A DNA stretch of 64,000 nucleotides from Planctomycetota bacterium (GCA_013911165.1 JACETR010000001.1:21124-85123); one strand, 5' to 3'; counted from the stretch's first letter, positions 48,668 to 58,378 are shown. Numbers and translations: made by a program. Notes: generated by a model not told the origin, from the sequence alone.

Positions 48668-50445
48668 GGCGTGTCCCAGTTCAGGGCACGGAGATCATGT
48701 TGGTCGAGGGGGTTTGCGAAAAAACCCTGGAGTTCTGGAGCGACCAGATTGCTGGATGTGGTCGACCACAGGGGCAGCACCGGACCACGTTCGAGGAGAA
48801 TCCGTTCAGCCTCACGCCAGTACCACATCCGCATACCTGTGTTTGCCGTGCTGCGAGCCTTCTCCACCATCCGATCATATTCCTCGTCACTCCAGCCGGT
48901 TCGATTATTGGTGGCGGTAGATGTAAAGAGTTCCAGAAAGGTGGCGGGGTCAGGGAAATCTGCAATCCAGCTGCTGCGACTGACGTCGTAGTCCAGAGAA
49001 CGTTGAACTTGCAGGAATGACCGCCATTCCATGGAACGGATCCGTGTTTCGATTCCCAATTCCCTGGACCATGAAGACTGTAACCATTCCGCAACGAGTG
49101 CATGGGTCGAGCCACTGGAGTGAAGGATTTCAAAAGCGGGGATCGTCTTTCCGGTCTTTGCCCCCGGCACTTTCCAGCCGGACTCTTGCAAGAGTTTACG
49201 GGCCTGATCCGGATCGTAACCCAGCATTGCCCATTGGTTCACGGTGAGGTCGGCGGTCGGAACAGGGCTGTTGATTGTCGCAGCCATACCGGAGTAACCG
49301 GGGAGTGCAGAATCGGGCGCAAGGTTGCCCGCTTTCTCATGAGCAGCAAGAGCCGGTCTTGGCCACGGGACAAAGCCCCATGCCGGTTGGAGGTTTCCAC
49401 CGAGTACTTCACGGCACAATGCCTGTCGATCCAGTGTCAGGGACAATGCCTTGCGTATAGTTGGGTCATCGAGTGGAGGTTTCTGGAAGTTGAGTCGGTA
49501 GAAAGAGATCCCCAGATAGGGATCCGTCCTCAGTGCTTCCCTCCAGAACGCCTCCTTCTCCAGAAAGGGCATCAACAGGGGCGGAACACCCACCGCCCAA
49601 TCGATGGATCCGTGGGCGAAAAGATTGACGAGTGTGTTTCCTGATTCGATGGCGAGAAAGTCGATGGTATCCATATGGACTCTGGAAGGACCCTGATAGG
49701 TCGGCGATTTGACCAGTCGGATGCGATCTCGCAGATCCCAGCGATCCAACTCCCAGGGGCCATTGGTCGGAACCCCCAGTGCATTTCCATCTCTTCCCAG
49801 TGGATGCACCGGCTGCAGGGGGGTCTGGGTACAGAGAAAGGGGAGCCATGGCAGTGGCCGGCGTAATTCCACAACCAGAGTCCATCGGTCGGGAGTTCTG
49901 ATTCCCACCTCTTCTCTGGATCCGTCACTATTGCGCCATTCCCGGGCGCCGGTCACAGCCTCCAGGAGATCACCGTAGGGAGCTCCCCTGAGCGGGTCGA
50001 TGAGGTCGAGCCAGGAGCGACGAAAATCGGTCGCATCGAGGGGATCGCCGTTGGACCACAGGAGTCCCTTTTGAAGCCTGAAGGTCCAGGTTTTGGCATC
50101 TTTGGAGACTTGCCAGGAGTGGGCGCAGGCGGGCATCGGCTCCAGGGATTGAGGGTCAAGGAGCAGTAAACCCTCGTGGAGAGCCCGAATGATCCGACCT
50201 TCCGGGATGCCACTGGCCCGGTGAGGGTGCAGGGATCCGGGGTCGGTTCCATTGCCGATGACCAGATCTGCCCGATCTGGCAAATCGGGAAATGACGCCA
50301 TGAAAAGGCCCAGAATCACGATTCCGCCGAGGAGCCATCCTGATCCTGTCAGGAAGGATTGTCCGATATTTCTGACCGGGTTTGTTGGCATCAGGCCCCT
50401 TCCCGGTGAAATCATGATCTCCCGTCCTCGATTCGGCAAGACCAA
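48664..50445 (-). CDS. family-5 solute-binding protein, module C
   Basis: N-terminal TM/signal 'GWLLGGIVILGLFMA'; SBP_bac_5-like length and layout. The true start is probably one of the internal Met codons (about 50415 or 50391). Confidence 0.82.
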   Translation of the reverse strand: MVLPNRGREIMISPGRGLMPTNPVRNIGQSFLTGSGWLLGGIVILGLFMASFPDLPDRADLVIGNGTDPGSLHPHRASGIPEGRIIRALHEGLLLLDPQSLEPMPACAHSWQVSKDAKTWTFRLQKGLLWSNGDPLDATDFRRSWLDLIDPLRGAPYGDLLEAVTGAREWRNSDGSREEVGIRTPDRWTLVVELRRPLPWLPFLCTQTPLQPVHPLGRDGNALGVPTNGPWELDRWDLRDRIRLVKSPTYQGPSRVHMDTIDFLAIESGNTLVNLFAHGSIDWAVGVPPLLMPFLEKEAFWREALRTDPYLGISFYRLNFQKPPLDDPTIRKALSLTLDRQALCREVLGGNLQPAWGFVPWPRPALAAHEKAGNLAPDSALPGYSGMAATINSPVPTADLTVNQWAMLGYDPDQARKLLQESGWKVPGAKTGKTIPAFEILHSSGSTHALVAEWLQSSWSRELGIETRIRSMEWRSFLQVQRSLDYDVSRSSWIADFPDPATFLELFTSTATNNRTGWSDEEYDRMVEKARSTANTGMRMWYWREAERILLERGPVLPLWSTTSSNLVAPELQGFFANPLDQHDLRALNWDTP

Positions 50446-50654
50446 GCCCCGTCTTTGCTTGCCGCAGGAGAGGGCGATCGGTATCCTGTTTCATTGATCA
50501 GGAGATCCTTCTGGTGGAATCAGGGGATTTTCCGGGCTGGTGTCTTGTGAAGGGAGCGTCCCGGCGCTTCCTCTCATCATCCGGGAGTGTTCTTCGGAAC
50601 CTGTCGTGAACACCCGTCGTCTCAATTCCAGAGTTGCAGAGAGAGAAGACAGAC

Positions 50655-50867
50655 ATGTCGATTCACAAGTCCTTGAAGACCGGCAGCGGTATCGGGGGAA
50701 CCCGAAACGTTCTGACCCGTTACGAGCGCATCCTCCAGATGGAATCGGAAGGTCGATTCAATGAGGAGGAGCACAGTCCCATCGGTCTGCCGAAGACCCG
50801 CGTTCTCAAAGTGAAGAAGCGTGCCAAGAAGAAGAAGGAAAAGGACAAGGACAGTGAAGAGGCCTGA
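50655..50867 (+). CDS. small lysine-rich basic protein (conserved small basic protein of PVC-type genomes, from memory)
   Basis: 'MSIHKSLKTGSGIGGTRNVLTRYERILQMESEGRFNEEEHSPIGLPKTRVLKVKKRAKKKKEKDKDSEEA'. An internal ATG was chosen. A short GC hairpin (50861-50875) spans the stop codon. Confidence 0.65.
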   Translation: MSIHKSLKTGSGIGGTRNVLTRYERILQMESEGRFNEEEHSPIGLPKTRVLKVKKRAKKKKEKDKDSEEA

Positions 50868-50978
50868 TTCAGGCCCTGTCTTGCCTTTTCACCCCGTAAA
50901 ATTCTCTTCGCTGACTTTGCCTCAGGCGGGTTGAACCTGCCTGAGAAGCCCGCACCCGAAATCGTTCGGAGGTTCGCC

Positions 50979-52844
50979 ATGTGGAATTCCGCTCTTTCCA
51001 AAGCCTGTCTGGTCCTGTCGGTTCTGATCCTGTTTATTGGATTCGCATCCCCACTGGCGCTGGCGGATTACAGCACGGTAGAGATCGACGGTCGCACCTG
51101 GACCACCAACGACAACTTCGAGCCGATCGGCAGCCCGGATGCTGTCCATGGCGGGGAACTGCGAACCAATATCCCCAACTTCCTGCCGACATTGCGTCGC
51201 GATGGTCCCAACTCAAATTTGACGACCATCACCGACATCTACTCACTGACCCATGAATTCCTGCTTTCGATTCACCCGGAAACTCTGGAGTGGCTGCCGC
51301 GATTGGCTTCTCACTGGATCATTGAGGAAAAAGAAGATCATCAGGTCTTCTGGTACCGCATCGACGAGCGCGCCCGTTATTCGGACGGGACTCCCGTCAC
51401 CGCAGATGATGTCGTCGCTTCCTATGAGCACATCGTCGACCCCGACATCAAGGATCCGATGAGTGCCAACCTCTACAACGAGTACTACGAAAAGCCGATC
51501 GCACACGACGATCGTGTGGTCTCCGTGAAAACCAAGAAGAAAGCCTGGAGAACCTTCCTTTACTTCTCCGCTAGCCTGGCGATTTATCCTGCAAAACAAA
51601 TTCGAATCCCCGGAGACGTCTATCTTGATGAGTTCAATTGGAAGATGATTCCGGGATCCGGGCCTTATGAACTGCGTGAGGACAGCATTCAGCAGGAAAT
51701 TTCCGTGACCCTCTACCGCCGCGATGACTGGTGGGGTCGTGAATCCCGGACTTCCACCGGCATGTACAACTTCGACAAGATCCAGTTGATCGTCGTCCGG
51801 GACCGGGAGCTCGCATTTGAGAAGTTCAAGGCGGGGGAGCTGGATTACTACGTCGTTCTGAGAGCGCAGCGGTGGGCTGAGGAGACCGGATTTGAAGCGA
51901 TCCAGAAAGGCTGGATCCAGAAACGCAAGGTCTACAACGAGCAGCCCCAATCCTTCTCGGGTTACATGCTCAACATGCGCGAGTGGCCCTTTGACGACAA
52001 GAATGTCCGCATGGCCTTCTGTTACGGCTACGACCGAGAAACGCTCTTTGAAAAGCTTTTCTTCAACCAGTACGAATACCTCGACAGTTATTACCCCGGA
52101 AGCCGCTGGGGAAACCCCAAGAATCGCAAGGTGCGCTACAACCCGCGCAGGGCTGAGCGTTTCCTCGATCGAGCGGGGTATACACAGCGAGATGCCAATG
52201 GAATCCGTGTTCATGAGGAAACGGGCAAGGCCCTTTCATTCACTCTCGAATACGGATTTGCATCGTCAACGAGGATCCATCAGGTCGTGGCCGAAGGGCT
52301 GCGCAAGCTCGGCATTGAAATGAAGCTGGAGTTGATGGATTACAACGCCCTGATGAAAAAAATCAGCGAACGACAGTTTGTTCTTCACTCGCAGGCGTGG
52401 AGAGGGATTCTTTTCCCCAATCCTCTGACTTCGTGGAAGAGTGATCTGGCCAACGAGCCTTACAACAACAACATTTCCGGTTTTGCCAGCGAAGAGGTCG
52501 ACCGCTTGATGGAGCAGTATGACAAAAGCTTCGATATCGAAGAGCAGACCCGGATCATGCAGGAGATCGACGGTTTGATCTTCAAGGAGCACCCGGTGGC
52601 TCTCAGCTGGTACGCACCCTTTGAGAGGATCCTGTCGTGGAACCGTTTTGGCGTTCCTGAAAAGATTCTGAGTCGAACCGGAGATGCGAACAACATCTGG
52701 AGCATGTGGTGGACCACTCCTGAGATGCAGGAGAAGTTGACGGAGGCCAGGGAGAAGAATAGTTCCCTTCCGTTGATTCCTGACGTGATTGATCCCTGGG
52801 GGGTCAAGGAGCGCATGGAGTCCCCTGAAAAGGCATCAGAGTAA
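50979..52844 (+). CDS. family-5 solute-binding protein (YejA-like), module D
   Basis: ATG 50979 is preceded by GGAGG (50968-50972). Signal peptide 'VLSVLILFIGFASPLALA'; 'LYRRDDWWGRE'. It is followed by YejB/YejE-like permeases. Confidence 0.87.
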   Translation: MWNSALSKACLVLSVLILFIGFASPLALADYSTVEIDGRTWTTNDNFEPIGSPDAVHGGELRTNIPNFLPTLRRDGPNSNLTTITDIYSLTHEFLLSIHPETLEWLPRLASHWIIEEKEDHQVFWYRIDERARYSDGTPVTADDVVASYEHIVDPDIKDPMSANLYNEYYEKPIAHDDRVVSVKTKKKAWRTFLYFSASLAIYPAKQIRIPGDVYLDEFNWKMIPGSGPYELREDSIQQEISVTLYRRDDWWGRESRTSTGMYNFDKIQLIVVRDRELAFEKFKAGELDYYVVLRAQRWAEETGFEAIQKGWIQKRKVYNEQPQSFSGYMLNMREWPFDDKNVRMAFCYGYDRETLFEKLFFNQYEYLDSYYPGSRWGNPKNRKVRYNPRRAERFLDRAGYTQRDANGIRVHEETGKALSFTLEYGFASSTRIHQVVAEGLRKLGIEMKLELMDYNALMKKISERQFVLHSQAWRGILFPNPLTSWKSDLANEPYNNNISGFASEEVDRLMEQYDKSFDIEEQTRIMQEIDGLIFKEHPVALSWYAPFERILSWNRFGVPEKILSRTGDANNIWSMWWTTPEMQEKLTEAREKNSSLPLIPDVIDPWGVKERMESPEKASE

Positions 52845-52905
52845 TCGTGGAATCCCCGACAGCTTCCTTTGCCGGTCCCGACGGTCGCCGTGAAAGTGGT
52901 CTTTC

Positions 52906-54441
52906 ATGAGCGGTATGTGGACCTACTTTGCCCGCCGTCTGCTCTTGGTGCCGATCACTTTCCTCGTCATCACGTTTATGGTCTATGCGGTTCTTCGCGT
53001 GACCCCGGGCGGTCCTATCGAGCAGTTGGAGAACCAGATGCGCGCCGCGGCTGCCCAGGAGGGTGGCGGTGGTGGAGGTGGTCTTGGTGGAACCGATGTG
53101 GGCCTCGATGAAAAAGCCCGGGAAGAACTCCGCGCCTACTACAACCTCGACCAGCCGATTCCGATAGCCTACCTGCAGTGGCTGGGGGTCTACCCGCGCA
53201 AGGACCGAACCCCGGTCACACTGAAAGAGCGCGAAACCGATCCCGAATTCTGGAATCGGGTCGAAGTGGCCTGGGTGAATTTCCGTGAAACTGAAAATGC
53301 CTACGAGGCGACCCTGCAAAATTCAGCTGCGGAATTCCGTGGTTCCACTCTGTTGGTGGAAGCGAATGAAGCCCTGCCCGGTGAAGAAGCCTTTTTCCAG
53401 CGTGCCGGGGAATTACTCTCCGAAGGCCTCGCTTCACGACCAGCCCTGAAGCAGCTTCTGGATTCCAAAGGCTGGCAACTGAGCGGTACCCGTTTCATGA
53501 GGCCTGTCACGGATGCCGAACTGGCTGAGAATTCCGGCTGGGCTGCTCTGGTCCGTCTTGCCTCAGACAAAGATCAGGCTTTCGAAAACCTGGGCAGCAT
53601 TCTGGCTGAGCAGAACAAGGAAGCGAGTCGAAGAGGGTCCTACTACAATGTGCAGGTGGGCTTCAGCGGCATTCTTCAGGGGGACTTCGGGCGCTCCTTC
53701 ACTTACAACGAAGATGCCCTCGACGTCATTACCCAGAAGTTCCCCATCTCCATCTACTTCGGACTGATCGGGTATCTGGCAACCTGGCTGATCTGTATTC
53801 CCTTGGGAATCGGTAAAGCGGTTCACCACCGCGGCCTCTTCGATACGAGCACCAGTGTTCTGGTCTTCCTCGGTTATGCGACTCCCGGATTTGTGGCCTG
53901 CCTTCTGCTATTGGTCCTTTTGGGGGGTGGAACCTACTGGAACGTGGTTCCGCTGGGCGGGTTCCGTTCCGAAGGTTGGGATCTCTGGTGGGAGCAAGGT
54001 GAATACTGGCGCTGCATCAAGGATCAGGTGCATCACACGCTGGTACCAATGTTTGGTTATCTGGTGGGTTCCTTTGCCAGCATGACCGTTCTGATGAAGA
54101 ACTCACTTCTGGAAAACTTCGGTGCCGATTACGTGCGTACCGCTTTTGCCAAGGGGTTGCCGGAGGGGCGGGTGATTTACGTCCATGCCCTGCGCAATTC
54201 ACTGATTCCCATTACCGCAGGTATCGGTCATTTCCTCGGGATCATCTTTGCCGGCTCTTTCCTGATCGAAAAGGTCTGCAATATTCCTGGAATGGGCCTG
54301 TTGGGTTATGAGTCCATCATTCGCAGGGATTATCCGATCATTTTGGCAACACTGGTATTTGGAGTTTTGATTCGCCTCACCGGGAACATCCTCAGTGATT
54401 TCATTTGGGCTGCCATCGATCCACGGATCCGGTTCAAGTAG
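52906..54441 (+). CDS. ABC importer permease (YejB-like), module D, with ~150-aa loop insertion
   Basis: 511 aa. 'RVTPGGPIEQ', 'GIGKAVHHRGLFD' and 'YVRTAFAKGLPEGRVIYVHALRNSLIP'. A poly-Gly run 'GGGGGGGLGG' lies in the loop. Confidence 0.88.
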   Translation: MSGMWTYFARRLLLVPITFLVITFMVYAVLRVTPGGPIEQLENQMRAAAAQEGGGGGGGLGGTDVGLDEKAREELRAYYNLDQPIPIAYLQWLGVYPRKDRTPVTLKERETDPEFWNRVEVAWVNFRETENAYEATLQNSAAEFRGSTLLVEANEALPGEEAFFQRAGELLSEGLASRPALKQLLDSKGWQLSGTRFMRPVTDAELAENSGWAALVRLASDKDQAFENLGSILAEQNKEASRRGSYYNVQVGFSGILQGDFGRSFTYNEDALDVITQKFPISIYFGLIGYLATWLICIPLGIGKAVHHRGLFDTSTSVLVFLGYATPGFVACLLLLVLLGGGTYWNVVPLGGFRSEGWDLWWEQGEYWRCIKDQVHHTLVPMFGYLVGSFASMTVLMKNSLLENFGADYVRTAFAKGLPEGRVIYVHALRNSLIPITAGIGHFLGIIFAGSFLIEKVCNIPGMGLLGYESIIRRDYPIILATLVFGVLIRLTGNILSDFIWAAIDPRIRFK

Positions 54442-54450
54442 GGGGGCTCG

Positions 54451-56175
54451 ATGAACTTCATGCTGGTCCTTCTGGTTTTGTTTGCCGGAGTCTGGTTTAC
54501 CCAGAAGGGAATCCCGTGGATTTTCAAGGGAGTGCTGCGACTGGTAGGCGTCCATTGGAAATCGAGCCCGCTGGCTGAGAAAAGGATCCGTCGTTTCAAA
54601 TCGATCCGTCGCGGTTATTACTCATTCGTCATCATCACCAGTCTCTTCACCACGTCCCTGTTTCTGGAAGTGCTGGTCAATGACAAGCCGGTGATGATCC
54701 GTTACGGCGACCAGGTGGCCTATCCAGCCGTCAGGGATTTGACCAATACCTGGTGTTTCTTCATGGATGGTCCGTTGGCCACCTTTGATCGTTCCGAAGA
54801 TTTCGGAATTCCGGGTCAAGGCCCCCTCGACTACACCGAATTTGCCCGCCTGGTGGAAAACCCCAAAGCCGCATTCGGTCCCATCGTCGAAAAACAGAAG
54901 TCTGACATCTCCGAATTGGAAATGGAGATTGAAGATGTGCGCATGGAAATTGAAGAATACGAGGCGGATGGAGAAGAGCCGGAAGAGTGGCTGGTGGAGG
55001 ATCTTGCTGCTGCAGAGAAACAAGTGGTTCAGCTTCGTGACGGCCTCACACAGTTGGCTTCCATAGAAAAAGTGTTTCTGGATGGGGGCGCCGGAGTGGT
55101 CTGGCCCTTGTATCGTCATGGCCCTTACAAGAACCGTCTCGATCTGCCAGGAACCGCACCCCATGATCCTTCGCTGTACATCCCGGGTCTGACGCCCGTG
55201 CGTCAGAGTGCCATGCTGGGTGAACAGGTCGACATGGAATATGGCGGTCGCCTCGGTATGCGCATCACTGCCGGAAGTGACTCCGGTGATCAGAGCGCCC
55301 TTTCAGCGGACACCAAGTTTTACGCCCTGAAACCCACAATCGATTCCGGGCCTGTAGAGGTTTCTGGAATCGTGATCGTGCGAAAAGTTTCCGAAGACGG
55401 TTTCTCGGGTGAAGTCGAAATCCTTTCTATTACGCCGGGAGAATCCCTGACCGCAGGGCTTGAGCTTTCCACCAGATTTCTCGAAACCTGGGAAGCGCCT
55501 CTGGGAACGAGTGATGCCGGAATCGACGTACTGCCTTTGCTGGCTTACGGATTCAGGGTCAGCGTCGGTTTCTCACTCATGGTACTCATGGCCGGCTACA
55601 TCGTCGGGATTCTGGCGGGGGCCATCATGGGTTACTACGGTGGCTGGACCGATATTCTCCTGCAGCGATTCATTGAGATCTGGGGATCGGTTCCGTTTCT
55701 GTTCCTGATCATGATCGTTGCCAGCATCGTCGACCCGGGTTTCTGGGTTCTGGTCATCTTTCTCGTGATTCTGAGATCGTGGATGGCGATCACCTATCAG
55801 ATACGAGGTGAGTTCTATCGTGAGAAGGCTCGGGATTATGTGCAGGCGGCCATCGGCAGTGGCGTCAGCGACATGACCGTCATGATGCGCCACATTCTTC
55901 CCAACTCGATGGTTCCGGTGATCTCCCGGGCACCCTTCTCATTCGTGAACTACATCAGCTCGCTGGTATCCCTGGATTTCCTCGGATTCGGATTGCCACC
56001 GACCGATCCCTCATGGGGAAGATTGCTCAATCAGGGCTTCCAGTTCCTGACTACATCGCCGCATCTGGTTTTCTTGCCAGTGTTGGCGATGGCGACAACC
56101 CTGTTCCTCGTCGTCCTGATCGGCGAGGCCGTCCGTGAAGCCTTTGATCCCAAAGTCTTCTCGAGGCTGAGGTGA
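54451..56175 (+). CDS. ABC importer permease (YejE-like), module D, with ~200-aa loop insertion
   Basis: 574 aa. 'RRFKSIRRGYYSFVI..LVNDKPVMIRY' is a YejE-like N-terminus. 'DYVQAAIGSGVSDMTVMMRHILPN'. Acidic helical insert 'ELEMEIEDVRMEIEEYEADGEEPEEW'. Confidence 0.88.
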   Translation: MNFMLVLLVLFAGVWFTQKGIPWIFKGVLRLVGVHWKSSPLAEKRIRRFKSIRRGYYSFVIITSLFTTSLFLEVLVNDKPVMIRYGDQVAYPAVRDLTNTWCFFMDGPLATFDRSEDFGIPGQGPLDYTEFARLVENPKAAFGPIVEKQKSDISELEMEIEDVRMEIEEYEADGEEPEEWLVEDLAAAEKQVVQLRDGLTQLASIEKVFLDGGAGVVWPLYRHGPYKNRLDLPGTAPHDPSLYIPGLTPVRQSAMLGEQVDMEYGGRLGMRITAGSDSGDQSALSADTKFYALKPTIDSGPVEVSGIVIVRKVSEDGFSGEVEILSITPGESLTAGLELSTRFLETWEAPLGTSDAGIDVLPLLAYGFRVSVGFSLMVLMAGYIVGILAGAIMGYYGGWTDILLQRFIEIWGSVPFLFLIMIVASIVDPGFWVLVIFLVILRSWMAITYQIRGEFYREKARDYVQAAIGSGVSDMTVMMRHILPNSMVPVISRAPFSFVNYISSLVSLDFLGFGLPPTDPSWGRLLNQGFQFLTTSPHLVFLPVLAMATTLFLVVLIGEAVREAFDPKVFSRLR

Positions 56176-57209
56176 TGACGATGGCAGACAAGAACAATAA
56201 AACCGACTCCCAACAGGAACCGCTGGTCAGTGTCAGAGATCTGCACACCGACTTTACTGTGGAGGGCAAAACTGCCCAGGCGGTCGATGGGGTCAGCTTT
56301 GACATCATGCCGGGAGAAGTTCTCGGCCTGGTTGGAGAGTCCGGGTGTGGCAAGTCGGTCACGGCATTGAGCCTGCTCAAGTTGATTCCCGATCCTCCCG
56401 GAAAAATCCGCAAGGGTTCGGCCATCTTCCGTGGGCGCGACCTTCTGGCGATGGACTACGACGAGATGCGCAAGATCCGTGGTAATGATATCGCCATGAT
56501 CTTCCAGGAGCCGATGACCGCTTTGAATCCGGTCTTTACCATTGGTTTCCAAATGCGTGAGGCGATTCAGCACCACGTCGGAGCCAGTAAAGAAGAAGCG
56601 AATAACCGCGCCGTTGAGATGCTGGAAAAAGTCGGGATTCCCGATGCCCGGGCTCGACTCGATAACTACCCGCATCAATTCTCCGGTGGAATGCGTCAAA
56701 GGGTGATGATCGCCATGGCTCTTTCCTTGCAGCCGGCATTGTTGATTGCGGACGAACCGACAACCGCACTGGACGTGACGATTCAGGCGCAGATCCTCGA
56801 TCTGATGCTGGAGATGAAATCACAGCAGGACGGTGCGTCGATCCTTTTGATTACCCATGACCTGGCAGTGGTGGCTGAGACCTGTGATCGCGTCGTCGTC
56901 ATGTACGGCGGCAAGATTCAGGAAGTGGCTCCGGTACGGGAACTGTTCCGCAATCCTCTGCATCCCTATACCCAGGGACTGCTTCGAAGCCTGCCGCGAC
57001 CCGAGTTGGATGATCAGCAGGACGAACTTGAGACGATTCCCGGAATCGTGCCGAGCATCTTTGACTGGCCTCCCGGTTGTCGATTCTCGACCCGCTGTCC
57101 CTTTGTAGAGGATCGATGTCGACAGGAAGTTCCCGAATTGAGGGAAATGGGGGATGGCCATTGGGTTCGCTGTCATGTGGCAGAATCCGCGAAGGGGGGC
57201 TCGGCATGA
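56172..57209 (+). CDS. peptide ABC importer ATP-binding protein (OppD/DppD type)
   Basis: 'GLVGESGCGKSV', 'FSGGMRQR' and 'LLIADEPTTALD'. C-terminal oligopeptide-type extension with Cys residues ('GCRFSTRCP'). Confidence 0.93.
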   Translation: MMTMADKNNKTDSQQEPLVSVRDLHTDFTVEGKTAQAVDGVSFDIMPGEVLGLVGESGCGKSVTALSLLKLIPDPPGKIRKGSAIFRGRDLLAMDYDEMRKIRGNDIAMIFQEPMTALNPVFTIGFQMREAIQHHVGASKEEANNRAVEMLEKVGIPDARARLDNYPHQFSGGMRQRVMIAMALSLQPALLIADEPTTALDVTIQAQILDLMLEMKSQQDGASILLITHDLAVVAETCDRVVVMYGGKIQEVAPVRELFRNPLHPYTQGLLRSLPRPELDDQQDELETIPGIVPSIFDWPPGCRFSTRCPFVEDRCRQEVPELREMGDGHWVRCHVAESAKGGSA

Positions 57210-58258
57210 GCGACGATTCAAAGCCCACCCACAAAGATGAAACGATCCTGGAGTTGGAAGACCTGCGGGTCTGGTTCCCGGTTCATGGAGGGATCCTTTC
57301 GCGTCATGTTGGCGATGTCAAAGCGGTCGATGGGATCTCCCTGAAGGTTCATGCGGGTGAAACACTGGGAGTCGTCGGTGAGTCCGGTTGCGGCAAGAGC
57401 ACCCTCGGCAAAGCGATCATGGGTCTGGTTCCGGTGACTTCGGGCAAAATCCACTTTGCCAGCGAGCGCGGAAATGTGGAACTGAGCGGACTGAGTCGTA
57501 GGGATTACCGGCCCTATCGAAGTGAAATCCAGATGGTCTATCAGGACCCTTTTTCTTCTCTGAATCCCCGCCTTTCGGTGCAGGAAATTGTTGAAGAGCC
57601 GTTGCGAGTACATCAAAAGCAGCTCGATGCGGAACAAAGGCGAATTCGAGTGGAAGAATTGCTCGAAAAGGTCGGTCTTCGTCGTGAACAGGCGGAACGC
57701 TATCCACATGAGTTCTCCGGTGGACAGCGTCAAAGGATCGGTATCGCCCGGTCTCTGGCGACGAATCCCCGAGTGATTATCGCCGATGAGCCGGTCAGCG
57801 CGCTCGATGTTTCGATTCAAGCTCAGGTGATCAATCTGATGCGTGAACTGCAGCGTGATCTCGATCTGACCATCGTCTTCATTGCCCATGATATTTCAGT
57901 GGTTCAACACGTTTCAGACCGGGTGGCCGTCATGTATTTGGGCAATCTGGCTGAGGTTGGCAAAACTGAAGAGATCTTCGCGAATCCGACGCACCCGTAC
58001 ACAAGGGCGCTGCTGAGTGCGATTCCAAGACCAGATCCTGACCTGAAACGGGAAAAAAGGTGGGTTCTCGAAGGCGATGTGCCCAGTCCGATGGCCAAGC
58101 CCAGTGGCTGTGGATTCCGAACCCGGTGTCCGATTGCCCAAGCGGATTGCGCGGAAAAAGCACCGGTGATGCAGGCGGTCAGTGATGAGCATGCGGCGGC
58201 TTGTCCTCATGCAGGCCGGTTCGACGAACTGATCCAGGAGCGACAGCCCAAAGGCTGA
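57206..58258 (+). CDS. peptide ABC importer ATP-binding protein (OppF/DppF type)
   Basis: ATG 57206 forms an ATGA overlap with the preceding stop. 'GVVGESGCGKST', 'FSGGQRQR', 'VIIADEPVSALD' and 'GCGFRTRCP'. Confidence 0.93.
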   Translation: MSDDSKPTHKDETILELEDLRVWFPVHGGILSRHVGDVKAVDGISLKVHAGETLGVVGESGCGKSTLGKAIMGLVPVTSGKIHFASERGNVELSGLSRRDYRPYRSEIQMVYQDPFSSLNPRLSVQEIVEEPLRVHQKQLDAEQRRIRVEELLEKVGLRREQAERYPHEFSGGQRQRIGIARSLATNPRVIIADEPVSALDVSIQAQVINLMRELQRDLDLTIVFIAHDISVVQHVSDRVAVMYLGNLAEVGKTEEIFANPTHPYTRALLSAIPRPDPDLKREKRWVLEGDVPSPMAKPSGCGFRTRCPIAQADCAEKAPVMQAVSDEHAAACPHAGRFDELIQERQPKG

Positions 58259-58333
58259 TTCATGGGAAAACCCCTCTTGGGCCCCCTTCTCCCCGTTCTC
58301 CCATAAGATCTATTATCGGAACGTAATGATATG

Positions 58334-58355
58334 GCGGGGTGTCTTTCTGCCCCGC
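58334..58355. terminator. GC-rich hairpin between convergent genes (possible bidirectional terminator)
   Basis: GCGGGG (58334-58339) pairs with CCCCGC (58350-58355) across a 10-nt loop. It sits between the oppF-like stop (58258) and the aroDE stop (58379). The flanking T/A runs are weak. Confidence 0.3.
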
Positions 58356-58378
58356 TTCCCGTTCAGCCTTCAGGGTCC

